Part shown: one piece after another, positions 25,285 to 37,381 of the stretch
How the letters are laid out: each line of letters starts with the position of its first letter
Position numbering within the stretch: position 1 is the first letter of the stretch
Notes under the pieces: generated by a model
The model's input: only the letters and a program-made list of their open reading frames with translations
Told to the model about the DNA's origin: nothing
Database searches by the model: none
Program-made: the position numbers and the translations under genes
Assembly: GCF_004010195.1 (NCBI RefSeq)
Contig: NC_057718.1
Coordinates: 100,728,272 to 100,765,652 of the forward strand
From: Chiloscyllium plagiosum
Taxonomy: Eukaryota
Length of the DNA: 37,381 nucleotides
Reading direction: 5' to 3'

Positions 25285-25953
25285 CTGTGAGGGAATGCAT
25301 TGTGAATCAATTTCAGAATGCCAAAAAGGCAAACTCTTTCTTTTTTCAAAAAAGTAACAAAGAGTAGTAATTTAACCAATGCAGTACTTGTTTTTTTTTA
25401 AAAAGACAATACGAAAGATTGATATATTTGCAATTGAAAGAAACCTGCCACACTGTAAACTGCTCAAAATATGCAGCTACTCTTATTGAAGTAAATTTCT
25501 ATTTTGGCCAAACAATTAAAAACTACAATTTACCACAAAGTTCAAAGATCTTTTATGGAGTTATAATTTACGCATCATTCATGTTGCTTAAATTTGAACT
25601 AAGTGGGGTAGTTAGTATTAATATCTAGAGTTTCTTTTAAGAGGAGTGGGCTAGCTGAGTTACTATTGCAGAGAGCTGGCATGGATAGGATGGCCCAAAT
25701 GGTCTTCTTTTGTGCTGTATTAATTCTATGAAATTATTGAAGGGATTGGAGCAAATGGAAAATGAACTTCAACAAGCCAGCTTTTCCAACATCTTTACAG
25801 ACGGGTACACATACAAACTTGAGTAAAAATAAAAATCTGCAAGATTTAAAATTAACAATTCAAAATGTTTGGTGACATCTTCTTGAAGTAATAAGCTGTT
25901 GGGTGTTTTTGTTGAAAGAAAATTAACAAAAGTAAGGTGGTGCAGTTTGGTAC

Positions 25954-26108
25954 CTGTGACTGGAGATCTCCTTTCTCTGCTATAAACTGATAGTACTGAT
26001 ACAAATCTAAATCCATTATTTCACCATTGGAGCTCAGATTTTCAGCTCTTTCTGTCAGTCGAACCTTTTCAGTTGGAATTTCACCAAAGAGAGCAACATT
26101 ATCTGCCA
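25954..26108 (-). CDS. SEL1L2: SEL1L2 coding exon (155 nt): (V)ADNVALFGEIPTEKVRLTERAENLSSNGEIMDLDLYQYYQFIAEKGDLQSQ
   Basis: Acceptor aacag, donor GTACC; SEL1L2-type VRLTER.ENLSSN. Confidence 0.95.
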
Positions 26109-27162
26109 CTGTTAGTGAGTAAAAAAAGAATTAACTTTTGCATCATCTAGTGTATCACACTATTGAAGGTATAATAGTATATTGTATGAGCTCTCATCCT
26201 CTTTGTAAACAAAGTAGATTTATTAAAAGGTATCAGAGAGCTAAAGCATTTGCATTACTTGTATTAACATTTAAAAGTGACAATTTGAATCATGCAAAAT
26301 TTAATTTGTATTGGAAATAACACAAGCTTAGGAAGATTGTCCATGTCAAGGAATAATTAGAAGTGAGATTTAGGACTAAAGTTAAGGGAGCACTTGAATT
26401 AATGTTTAGCTCCTCCCCTGATGTTTCAAAGCATTAATGAAAACAACAAACAAATATGGCTTTTATGATCCTGTTGCTCATATCCTAATTTATAAAAATG
26501 TCCTGTTCACTCATTGTACTTGTGTTTGCAGGCCTACATGGGCTCCCAGTAGGAACATGCTTTGAATTTAAAATTGTTGTCCTTTATTTTCATGTGCCTC
26601 CTTTGTTGTGATCCTCCTATTCTATGTAATTTTCTCCAATGATATTCTGGGCTAGGTTTGTCATTCCTTGTGAATTAATGACAGGTGTCTTTCCTTCATA
26701 TATGTATTTTGCAATTAAGAGAGTTCACTTTTAAGGACTCTGTGTTCTGTGTACAATGTTGTGACTCTTCCTGGTAGTTAGTGTGTTATGCGTCTGCAAA
26801 CTACATATACAGAAACCAGCTGGTTTTCTTTTTGTTGTAACTGCATCAGAACTTGTAATGTTTCATACTGTTATAATTGTTTATTTATTCATTCATAAAC
26901 TGGCTCTTGGAGGTAACCAATCCCTATGAGATTCTGAACACTCCCATTTTATTTCTTCATCTCTCTTTGATTTAGAGGCATGAGTGGATTACATCCCTAT
27001 CTGTTACCAATCGGTTCAGGTTAACATGTCGTCACAATGAATTCATTCTAGTTGCAAAAGTTTAGGAACACCAAAAAGCAAATTACTGAGTCTGAAAGTT
27101 AGTTCAATGCAGTAACGTTTGGATAGCTTCTGCCTCTTTAAGAACAGCCAACATTTTTCGTA

Positions 27163-27280
27163 AAACAAAAACAAAAATTGCTGGAAAAGCTGAGAGCAGA
27201 TACTGCCAGACCTGCTGAGCTTTTCCAGTCATTTTTGTTTCTCTATCTGATGTACAGCATCAGTGGCTCTTATGATTTTT
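27163..27280. mobile_element. Short fold-back PLE-related remnant
   Basis: aacaaaaattgctggaaaagct / agcttttccagtcatttttgtt inverted pair, related to family A. Confidence 0.5.
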
Positions 27281-27318
27281 ATATAACAATTTTCCTATGG
27301 AAGTTCAAAGATGATTAC

Positions 27319-27400
27319 CATATTTCGCTGCGGTTCTGTAATGAATGAGGGCTGCTTCACAATGCTGAGGCAGATTAATGCCATTAAGGTACCTGTAACC
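27319..27400 (-). CDS. SEL1L2: SEL1L2 coding exon (82 nt): GYRYLNGINLPQHCEAALIHYRTAAKY
   Basis: Acceptor caacag, donor GTAAT; GYRY..C..AL..Y motif. Confidence 0.95.
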
Positions 27401-27507
27401 CTGTTGAAAGAGAAGTCATTGCATTTAGTGCTGTGGTTTCAAAATTATTGGCTATTATGATTCAATGCAACCAAACATTATTTAAATTGTACAAATTTAG
27501 CACCTAC

Positions 27508-27567
27508 CAAAATCATATGTGCCACGAAGTTTCCACCCAATGCAGCAAATGTATAATACACCAGAGC
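27508..27567 (-). CDS. SEL1L2: SEL1L2 coding exon (60 nt): ALVYYTFAALGGNFVAHMIL
   Basis: Acceptor tttcag, donor GTAGG; near-identical to SEL1L [20 protein letters not shown]. Confidence 0.95.
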
Positions 27568-27674
27568 CTGAAAAATATTTATAGCAAGATTTCTGCTCAG
27601 TATATACGTTTATAAAATCTAGCATCAATTCCAGCAAAGTAATCCCATTGCACTTAATATGACATAGTGAGATT

Positions 27675-27920
27675 CATAATGAATAGGTTAAGGAGACAGC
27701 TATTTCGAACTAAGATGAAGAAAAATTTCTTCATTCAGTGGGCTCTGAATCTTTGGAATTTTCTGGCCTGTGGATTTTCAGAGGATGATGACATTTAAAG
27801 GGGAGATGGAGAGACTTTTAGACTCTAAGAGAATCAAGGGCTTTGTGGATTTGGTCAGAAAGTGAATGTGAGTTTTACAGTAAAGCAGGCTTGAGGGGGT
27901 AAATGGCCTACTTTTATTGA
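27675..27920 (+). mobile_element. Degraded CR1 3' end
   Basis: aatttcttcattcag..gaatctttggaatt..aatggcctact. Confidence 0.6.
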
Positions 27921-28394
27921 TGACCATTTGTTATCATAATAGCCAACTCACAGTTATTTACAGTGACAGTATCACATGCTTGTCAATACCATTGTGTCAC
28001 TTGTCATGATGGACTACAAAATAATTTACAATCTGATCAGGGATCCGCCACAAATTAAGTAATGAACCCAAAGGACCATTATGAACAGGGAAAACCTAAA
28101 GTTGTTAAATCTGATATCGCAAAGTTTTGCAACGATCTATTTAAACAGTGAATTATTAAGTATAAGTTTTGAAACAGAAAATTATTTTTCTGTACCATCT
28201 GCTGTAGTGAGTGGGAGAACTCCCTAAATCAGATAGAGACCAGAAAAAATACTTTCTTATAACAAGAATGTTACATCATGCAATACACAATGGATTATAA
28301 TATAATTAATCTCCTATGACAAAATTTACAGAAAACCTTTTGCTCTTTCTTCACACTATTTCCTGCCCAATGACCAATTCCTTCAACATTTTTG

Positions 28395-28610
28395 GTCCTC
28401 CTTATTTTGTGTCTCTGTCTTGACATCTTTTTCCCTTATCTCTCCCTCTTTCTCTATTCCCCACTCTCTCCTGTTTCTCTCTTGCCCCAGCTGTTTCTTT
28501 CCCTCTCTTTGTCTTTATCTGTCTCTTGCTCCCTGAGCCCGTCCTTACCTCCTTCTCCCCTTGTCTCAAACTGTCCCTCATCTCTCACTGCCACGTCCTT
28601 CTCAATGTGA
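28395..28610. repeat. CT-rich low-complexity tract
   Basis: Direct reading. Confidence 0.7.
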
Positions 28611-29069
28611 TATATGTATCAAGCTGTCCAACTCATTTGTCATTTGCCTGCCTTACTCTTGCTGTGAGTCTTTGATATTTGAGGTAAAAAGTTAGCAGGG
28701 TTCACAGTATTAAAACTGTTTTCTCTCTGTGTGTCATGTATGTGCATGAGACAAATGTGTTTGCACAGGGACACAAATGTGATTCTAGGAAAAAAATGCA
28801 CATTTGTGCTAAAATATGGAACACTGCCTTCTGAAGCTGCCGTGCCTGAATATTTTTAAAAGGGATATTTCTTCATTGAAGCTTCTGTCCTGCATGATGC
28901 TTGTAATAAAGCTTTTCTAACTTCAGCTTGCTCTAAAATCATAGTAGTTATTGTTTCACAAGTCTCTATCCCCTCTATTTCCAATGCTTCAATGTGTCAC
29001 TCACACATGTTCTTTACTGATACACTCAATATCTATCTTATCATTTTGAAGGCCTTTGAAATGTAGTAA

Positions 29070-29900
29070 TCAAGCCGTTAAAGAAACATCAACCACATGG
29101 GCAAGCAAGATTGTCAAGCTGGGAGGAAGAATGATTTCAGGACTGGAAGAGGAGGAAGCAATGGATAGCAGTGAGAATGTGAAAGAAATGTGGTTTGGAA
29201 AAGAATGAAAATAGGGATATAATTGAGAATATTGAATATTTTGGAATGCTTTCAAGTGGAATTGAAATCCTGGGCCAGGGAGGATTTTGTGGATGGGGTG
29301 GGTTAAACTGAAACATGCTTGTATTTGTAAAGTGCATTGCAAATACTGGAATCATAGAATGTGCAGTGGAAGCAGCTGGTGGATGTGAGAAAAAGAGGAG
29401 GAAGAATAGGATCATGGAGGAAGTCTGGAGATCAGAAAGTCTCAGGAGATATTCAATAATAAGGGGGACACAAACCTGAAGGCAGTGAGTTATGCTGGGT
29501 GTTGAGCACGTGGGATAAATACCAGAGTTAGGGGAAGGGGGAATATGAGCCAGAGGTACTGAAGGGAAAGTTGGAATGGCCAAGCAGATTAACATAGACT
29601 AAAATGGAGATTGGGAAAAACAAGTGTTGGAGAGCATAAGGAGTGGAAGAAAATGGATTTGGAAATTGACAAGGACAAAGATTAGGTTTCAGATCAAGCA
29701 CCCAGGTTTCGAGTACTGATCCAGATCTAGAATGGCCACATTTGGGTATGGAGTATAGACAATAATAACCAGTGTCTATAGCTGAGGAAAAGCACAGGTG
29801 TCAGACAGCTAAAAAGCTGTTGAGGTATTTTGGGACAACAAAGAGCCAGAGACACTAGAAGGGAATGAAAACAATGAAAGAGATGTTGGATTCCGCTTGG
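29070..29900 (-). mobile_element. Old purine-rich LINE (L2-like) remnant
   Basis: Strong strand asymmetry; P/S/L-rich degenerate minus-strand ORFs. Confidence 0.4.
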
Positions 29901-30291
29901 AGCAGCTGTGTTCTGGTGGGACAGAAATTCTAACCATCCCTTTGATTCTGTCATCATTCCAAACAACTTTGGTTCGGGGTCATTACTTCAGCATCAAAAA
30001 TTACCTAAGAGTTCCCTTCTCAAAGATGGGATCCAACAGTGGCAGTAGGAATACTTCAGCAACACAAAACATCAAAAGAATCTAAAGGGGCACCAGAACC
30101 ACGAACAAGGCCCTGGTATGTCTCCACATGCTATAATCTGCATGTAACTTTCTATCATCTGTGACAACTTGTCTTTATCCCATAGTGTCCCAATTTAAAT
30201 ACCCCCCAAATTTTCTTTTTATCCTTTCTGAGTTGACACCATTTCTCTTCTATTTAAATACTATTCAATTACTAGAAGCTTCTTTTGCTCT

Positions 30292-30351
30292 CAAGACATT
30301 CTGGTTCCCCAAGACATTCTGGTTCCCCAAGACATTCTGGTTCCCCAAGAC
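30292..30351 (+). repeat. Perfect 18-bp tandem repeat (CAAGACATTCTGGTTCCC) x3.3
   Basis: Direct reading. Confidence 0.95.
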
Positions 30352-30409
30352 TGTTTTTCAGATTTAAACAGGCCCAATCTGCCCTCTCTAAAAGATCAAT
30401 TCATAAGTT

Positions 30410-30640
30410 CAGGGAGTTCTTCCTAAGGTCCTGGCCAATATTTATCAACCAACCATATCAATCAATATCCAAACTAGATTATCCGGACATTTACATATTA
30501 CTGTTTGTGGAAGTTGTCATGAGCAAACTTGCCTGTTACATCTCCTATATTAAAACACTGAATACACTTCAAGTATACTTAATTCTCTGTGAAGCACTTT
30601 GAAATATCCTGTAAAGATGTGATGGAAATGTTTCTTTTCT
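30410..30640 (+). mobile_element. DeuSINE (SacSINE1/AmnSINE1-like) fragment
   Basis: gtcctggccaatatttat..agattatc..ctgtttgtgg..tacacttcaa..gtgaagcacttt resembles the Deu domain and tail. Confidence 0.6.
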
Positions 30641-31375
30641 TGCTCCCAGTACTGAGTTCCGAGCTGTATGTTAATGGCAGAGTTTGTTGGCACTGAAACC
30701 ATGGGGGCAACTGCACCTTTGTGCTGTCTCAGAAACACCCATGTACATCGTTCCGGACCCTTGACATGGTCCCAATAGCCCCGCCACTCTGCACCAGCCC
30801 CCTCCCCTTCTCCCCAACTGTGCTTGAATCGCCACATCTCTATCCTCAGCCCTCCCCTTTACCACCCACTACCCCAAAACCACCCCCCTACCCCTGTTCC
30901 AATGCCACACACCCCACCCCCTCCCAATCCACAGTCTCCAGCGAACTCCTGTCAAGTATACCTGCAATGACCCTGAGGCCAAATTTACTTGTTATAGAAT
31001 CATTGGCTGTGAGGAAGCCTATTCCAATAATCTCAACCTTTGATCAATAACCTTTTTTTAATGTAAATCATACATGTTACTCGTGGCTTCTCCTACCAAA
31101 GCAGATATTGTTGCTTCTAACCTCCCACTAGAAATAGAAAGTAGAGGGACCCAACAAAGGCTGATATGGCTTGAATGTTGGATCTTGATGATTATTAGGA
31201 GCAATATCTGAATGAAATGAAATATTCTCAATTCATCTGTCATGCTCAATATTTGCTCTTAATACATTGAATGATGTCTTGCAACATCATGTCACTGTCA
31301 ATGACCCCCATCAGCAGATTTAGTATTTTCTCTGATCTAATTATTCATAAAATTACACCAGCTACATCTTCTTAC

Positions 31376-31429
31376 CTTAGGTTGGTTAAATTCCACACCA
31401 ATACCGGTGGCATGCATGAACCCTAATGC
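31376..31429 (-). CDS. SEL1L2: SEL1L2 coding exon (54 nt): ALGFMHATGIGVEFNQPK
   Basis: Acceptor ttgttag, donor GTAAG; matches ALGFLYASGLGV motif. Confidence 0.92.
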
Positions 31430-32781
31430 CTAACAAAAGCCCAAAAAGAAAACACTTGTTTAAAATTATTCACAGAATTTCGGTACACTATTTCAACTTA
31501 AGCATTCACAAACAGTTTGATTTCCAATGTGTTGCTAAATTATGTGTTTAACTTTTTGAAAATAATGTTTGTCATAATAGATAATAAGAAGTAGATAAGA
31601 TACATCTCAAATGTTAATTGGAAAAATTAAAACATTGAAATATTTCCTCAAAGTATTATACCATTTTCTGAGAAAAATGTATGTTTTGAACAATCTGCCG
31701 CATTACAGTGTGGTGCTGCACAACATGGGCTTGGGGTTAGGCCCTCCACACAATGAGTGTCTACACTGAGAGTGGGATAACTGTCACAAAGGTCCATTGA
31801 GAAAAAGTCTTTCAGGCAAAGTGCACCCAAGCTATGAAAAGCCCATCGGGATGATAAATGTTAACTGTAATTGTGAATGTACTGATTAATGTACAGTATG
31901 GGAAGAAACTTATTTTGCTTGCAGCTTATGCATTGTCACATATCAAACCTCACAAATATAATGGGATATGTTTTTGGAAAACAAAATTTGCACTTCTCTA
32001 ATTCTGACTTCTTGAACATCACTGATTTTAATTGTTCCATCATTTGGTGGCTGTGCCTTCAGCTGCTTGGGCCCTAACCTCTGGAATTCCCTCCATGTGG
32101 CTCTCCACCTCTCTCTTCTCCTTTAAGATGTTGCTTAAAACTAAATATTTAATCCAACCATGTGCCCCAATATCTCTTTAAGTGGTTTATTCTACATTTT
32201 GTTTCATACTGACCGTACGAAGCATCTTGAGACATTTTACGAAGTTAAACACATTAAATAAACACACATTGTTTTTGTTAAACAAAGGTGAACCTTTCCC
32301 TCATTGGGAGAAAGGATAAAATAATTTTCAAAGGCAATTCAACATTTGCTTACTCTTCTTGAATACCATCTGGTAGTCGGTTTCAGGACATCACTTCTCA
32401 ACCATCGTTTTTCTTGGCTAGGAATACTGTACACATATTGATGCTTATGGGGTGAATAATTTTTCAAATGAGGTGGGAACATAACACAAGCCCAAGTTAA
32501 ATACTGAAAAAGTTACACATGGGCTGGATAATATTAAATTGCAACCTTATACTGTTGGGAATATTCCTAGCCCTTTGTTTTAAACTAAATCTTTTTAATG
32601 CAGCAACATCTGCTTTCCAATTCAAAATAATTTTCATGAGCAATATTTGACAAAACCATTCCCAAGATCTTAAGAAATGGTAGCCCTTCAAATAGTAGTT
32701 CTGTTTTAGCAGGTCAGCACAAACGAGCAACTATGTTTTATCATTTTTTTCCCATGCTAATTCCATTTTGAAGGAGCTCAC

Positions 32782-32944
32782 AGTTTGGGCCTTATGAGAG
32801 CCATTTTCTGCCAGGGCTTCAAAGAGATCTTTAGCTGCCGTGACGTTCTGGGGCAGTTGGTCACCAAATAATAAGGCAAAGGCTATTCGCTCCATGGCTT
32901 TCCTACTTCCGAAATCAGCTGCTTTCACCAGTAGTTTATAACCT
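32782..32944 (-). CDS. SEL1L2: SEL1L2 coding exon (163 nt): GYKLLVKAADFGSRKAMERIAFALLFGDQLPQNVTAAKDLFEALAENGSHKAQT
   Basis: Acceptor tttttaagtag, donor GTGAG; Sel1 repeat similar to SEL1L ALLFGDYLPQN. Confidence 0.92.
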
Positions 32945-33893
32945 CTACTTAAAAACAGGAAATATAAAGTGTTAGAAGCAGAAAAATTCAAACGTCTCCT
33001 GATATTATTGAATATAAGCCTCTGCTATATGAATACTATTGGAGGCTACATGTTGAAGAGATAAGAATGTCTGTGGACTGACCATCAGCAGAACCAACAT
33101 CACCATGGAGAAGACTGTCGTGAGAAGAAATTTAACTGTTTAACAACTTGGCTAGTAACATAAGCCTTCAATGATGTAGAACCAATTGACAGCATATGGC
33201 ACTGCATTTGTGAAATAGCTCTTTTCTTGGATAATAAATAATGTAAGGGAACTCAACTGTTCAGACCTTCTGTTCAGAGGCCTGTCAATCCTGTACCTTC
33301 GCAGCTCCTTCCAATCCTCTGCTGCAAATGCAGCAGAGACTGCTATTCCAAAGTGTGGCTTTTGAGCCACACCAGATAATGCTTAACACAAAGCTTACAT
33401 CATGATGCAAACCACTGTTTCATGAGACACAAAGCTGTCAATGATCAATGAATTGCAATACACATGAGGAGTCAGGACCAAATGTTGTCTTCTGCTGAAG
33501 CAGGGTGATTGAAAGGAGGATAATTGGACCAGGTTGCACAGTTGTACTAGTGCCCATTTTAAGCTGTCCTTATTTTTCTGACATAGTTCTGTGATCTCTT
33601 TTATTAATCATCAGCTGGCAGAAAGATGACAAATTAGAAAACAGAGAAATAGGGTTGGTTGGAATACTACAGCTTTGATGCAGTGCAGATGAGCAGCTAC
33701 AAGACATAAAACTGATGAGGTGCTGTAAAATGACAGAATAGCATATCAAGGTTATTTAGGCAGTCTCCTTTATAAATGTTGTCACAGGAATTTGTATTGG
33801 GGAAAAGCTGAAAAAAAAGGTGTGACAGAAACATGGCAGAAGGAGAAGTAAGTTTAGGCAGTATGCAGATGTTTGAAGATGTAAGATTTTTTT

Positions 33894-35431
33894 ATATAGA
33901 TATTTTTATTAGAAATTTAACATTTTTACAAGTTTACAAAAATAAACAAAACTCTCAAGTACAAACATTGATATACAATTAAATCTTAAATATATAATAA
34001 CCAAAATTTAACAAAAGAAAAATACCGAGAAAAAAAACAAAACTCAACTAACTACTAATCTAACCTACAACTAACCAGAGTGTATATTTAAGTCTCTTAC
34101 ATTGTTCAAACAAGAGAAAGAGAAAAAAAACAACAGATAACACAGAAATTGGGTAGTGAGATACATGCTCGGAATGTGTTAACATCAAATGTAACAAACC
34201 CGTATTCATGCGGGATTCCTCCTCCAAGGGGCCCTGGACCAGCCAGGTTCGTAATCTCAATTAAATAAAAGCCCTTGTTAGGATAGCCGAAATATCTGTA
34301 TACATATAATTCAAGAAGGGCTGCCATATTTTATGAAATAATTTGGTCTTTCGGTGCACCATATTTGTAAGGAAGTCAAGGGGAATACATTCCATAATTA
34401 ATCTGTGCCAATTTGAAAGTCCAGGGGGGCCCTCAGCCACCCAGTTTCCCAAAATATTTTTCCTTGCACAGAAAGAGAGAATAGAAAATAATCTCTTCCC
34501 ATGCATATCCAGGGAGGGTAAGTTCCAAAAGGCCAAAAGGAGAGATACAGGGTCCACTTTAATTTCCGTTCCTAAAATTTCTGTCAGGGTACTTGTTACT
34601 TTAGTCCAATATCTATGGATCTTATGACAGGTCCATAGGCAATGTACAAGAGTGCCCACCTCTATTTTACATTTGGGACACATTGGAGATGCTCCTGCCT
34701 TAAATTTTGCCAATCGATCCGGTGCTAAATGGGCCCTATGAATTATCTTCAGCTGGATAGCCTGAGTTCTTCTGGCGTTTTCCCAAATGTCATTCCACGT
34801 TTCGATAGAGATTTCTAGTCCCAAATCCTGATCCCATGTTTTAAGCAGATTGTCCATACTTCATCATGTAGTAAATGATAAATAGTACTGACGGAAGATA
34901 CCCCCATTGGTCATAGTACTCCACATTCTCTATCTGATTTATAAAAACTATCTAATAATGTAGTCTTCTTCTGTATATAATCTCGAATTTAGAAGTATCG
35001 AAAGAGGTCTCCATTAGGTAATCCGAATTTCTGACGCAGCTGTCCAAAAGACATCAGGACCCCATCTTTAAATAGGTCCCCTAGACATGAGATACCCCTG
35101 GATCTCCAGTGTTTAAAAGTGGCATCTGTAAACTCTGGTTGGAATCCCCTGCTCCCACTATCGGCGCATAGGGGGATGTTTTATGTGAGTTGCCTTCATT
35201 TTGGCATTATATTCCAAGCTTTAATTGTGTTTAGTATTATAGGGTTTTTACAGTGATCCATAATGATTTTCCTCTTGTCTGAAAATAAAAGGTTAATAAG
35301 TGGGCACTTTACTTGAGAAGCCTCGATATCCAGCCAGATTGATTGCAGATCATACAAGACCCAATCAGCTATGTAACTTAATAGGGAACTTAACTGATAT
35401 TTCCTAAAATCTGGGAAGTCCAATCCTCCCC
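33894..35431 (-). mobile_element. 5'-truncated LINE-1 with ORF2 C-terminus, 3' UTR and 14-bp TSD
   Basis: GGLDFPDFRKYQL; CCHC knuckle CPKCKIEVGTLVHCLWTC; AATAAA near the 3' end; TSD TGTAAGATTTTTTT at 33880-33893 and 35432-35445. Confidence 0.9.
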
Positions 35432-35552
35432 TGTAAGATTTTTTTGAAGGACTCATTTCAGGTTTGTGCCAAAGTAAGGTACCAGACTGACACGGCACAG
35501 GTACACTTTCTCAAATCTGGCCACTGCGAAAGCTGGTATTGTCTGAAAACTG

Positions 35553-35741
35553 TGTCAAGATTAGAGTGGTGCTGGAAAAGCACAGCAGGTCAGGCAGCAT
35601 CCGAGGAGCAGGAAAAATGATGATTCAGGCAGGAACCCTTCATCAGGAATGGCTCCTGACCTTGCTGCTTGACCTGCTGTGTTTTCTAGCATCACTCTAA
35701 TCTTGGCTCTGATCTCCAGATCTGCAATCTTCACTTTTGCC
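35553..35741. mobile_element. Fold-back PLE mini-element, family A, with 15-bp TSD
   Basis: Inverted arms ~35556-35598 and ~35663-35705; ATTGTCTGAAAACTG at 35538-35552 and 35742-35756; decayed hammerhead at ~35617-35646. Confidence 0.8.
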
Positions 35742-37089
35742 ATTGTCTGAAAACTGGACATTCTTTAATTGATCCTTTCTCATTTTAAACTGGTGTGCTA
35801 ATGAACTAGGGGGTGCATGGAAGGGCTATTAAATCCATTGTTTGTAAACTGACTTAATATCAGTGACAACATGAACATTGACCTAAAGTGCTTCGCAATT
35901 GTAACAGTTAGTTTTCTGCTGTGTTCCCTATTCACCAGATTAAATGTTCTAATTTTTTTCAGAAAATCCCAGACGGTTCCAAAATCCACCACAATCCAAA
36001 TTCAAGGCTGCCAGGTTTGAGAGAATGTACTGGTACAGTTGTGTAAATAAGATTGGGCCTTAACTTTCAGATTTTACAATATTAAAACCTCCAAATTGAG
36101 TACAGAATTCCAATATTTCTTAATTAACATATTACATCTACTCAACTAATATTTAATATTTCCTAAATCCACAGAAGGTTAACGAATGTAAAATGTTTTG
36201 TCAGTCTGTGATTTATCTGTCCTTATCAATAATATGTGAGAAAAAAGTAAGACACTTAACATTAATAGAATAATTGAAATGTTTGCTGGAATTTAGTTCC
36301 TTGAGTGAAGTGGTGACTGGTGTCCCAATTAACTTATGATGAAGGATATAGAAAATATGCTACCACCACAAAATTACTCAAGATCAAGGATCCTTGTTGA
36401 AGAGATTTAGAAGTTCATTTAGAAAACTATTCTGAAAAACAACACAGAAATGATCTGCATGTGTAACTGATAATGTACACGTTAATCAATACATGTTTAT
36501 AAAGGTTACTTTTTATTACAAAATATTGAAACATGTTAAAATAAAAAATAAAACTTACACAAGAAGAAAGGATATTGTTATTTGTTTTATAACCTGGCAA
36601 TGCTTTCAGATTTAATTCAAAAACTCTAAATTAATTTTTTAAAAATCATTCACAAAAGGCACGACAAAGATGCAATTTTTACTTTCAGACCCAGTGAGGT
36701 GCGATTTTAGTGAGATTACAGATTCTAATACCAATTCCCTTTTTCGGAGGTCCAGAATTGAGCTCATATTGACTGCAGAGGTTTTAAGCTGTGCTCATTG
36801 AGGCACTAGAATTTCAATAACACTGACAGTTCTCCCATGCCAGTGGCCAGAGATTGCCTGAGATGTGCCCTGATTGCCATAGTAACATGGCTGGTGACTG
36901 TGCATTTGCCAGCAACACTCTCAACAGCTCATTCCAAACCTGCAAACTCCACCATCTCGAATAGTAAGGTCAGCAAATGTGTGGAAACACTATCACCTGC
37001 AAGTTACCCTCCAAGCCGTGTTTACCAACCTGAAGTGGAAATACATCGCCATTGCTTTGAAATCCTGGAACTTGCAAGTTAACAGCATG

Positions 37090-37250
37090 GGGCAGCATGA
37101 TGGCTCAGTGGTTAGCAATGCTGCTTCACAGCACCAGGGACTTGGGTTTGATTCCAGTCTGTGTGGAGTTTGCATGCTCTCCCTGTGTCTCCCTGTCTCC
37201 CGGTGCTCCGGTATCCTCCCACAATCCAAAGATGTGCAATTCAGGTGAAT
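37090..37250 (+). mobile_element. HE1/V-SINE 5' part, interrupted by a PLE
   Basis: tggctcagtggttagc A box; V-domain. Confidence 0.8.
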
Positions 37251-37251
37251 T

Positions 37252-37381
37252 CAAGATTAGACTGGTGCTGGAAAAGCATAGCAGGTCAGGCAGCATCTCA
37301 GGAGTAGGAAAATTGATGTTTTGGGCAGGAGCCCTTCATCAGGAATGAGGCTGAGAGCATCCGGTATGAAGAGCTAAATGG
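37252..37381 (-). mobile_element. PLE family A 3' end (hammerhead G12 mutated)
   Basis: Minus CTGATGAAGGGCTCCTGCCCAAAACATC. Confidence 0.7.

Noticed and set aside
30292..30351. CRISPR-like repeat
   Set aside because: No spacers; eukaryotic tandem repeat.
34261..34857. 198-aa ORF as a host gene
   Set aside because: It is L1 ORF2 C-terminus inside a TSD-bounded insertion.
32945..37381. Next upstream SEL1L2 exon (candidates near 33296-33345 and 36683-36772)
   Set aside because: No SEL1L-family similarity and weak splice signals; the exon probably lies outside the window.

Overview
AT-rich, repeat-rich vertebrate genomic DNA. The HE1/V-type SINEs, DeuSINE and CR1 LINE content point to a cartilaginous fish (shark). 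Two convergent genes are present. On the minus strand, 16 coding exons (32944 down to the stop at 3961; 1681 nt, all GT-AG, frame continuous) encode the Sel1-repeat region and C-terminal transmembrane anchor of SEL1L2; its 5' exons lie beyond the window. On the plus strand, the last coding exon of NDUFAF5 lies at 2805-2891, only ~1.07 kb from the SEL1L2 stop. The introns hold CR1, L1, Tx1-like and L2-like LINE fragments, tRNA-derived SINEs, a solo LTR with a 4-bp TSD and many Penelope-like element (PLE) remnants. The most notable non-coding signal is at least three distinct PLE families, each carrying a minimal type I hammerhead ribozyme (CUGANGA-stem II-GAAA, palindromic ACGU or AGCU stem III). 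Several copies sit in short fold-back insertions flanked by 13-19 bp target-site duplications.
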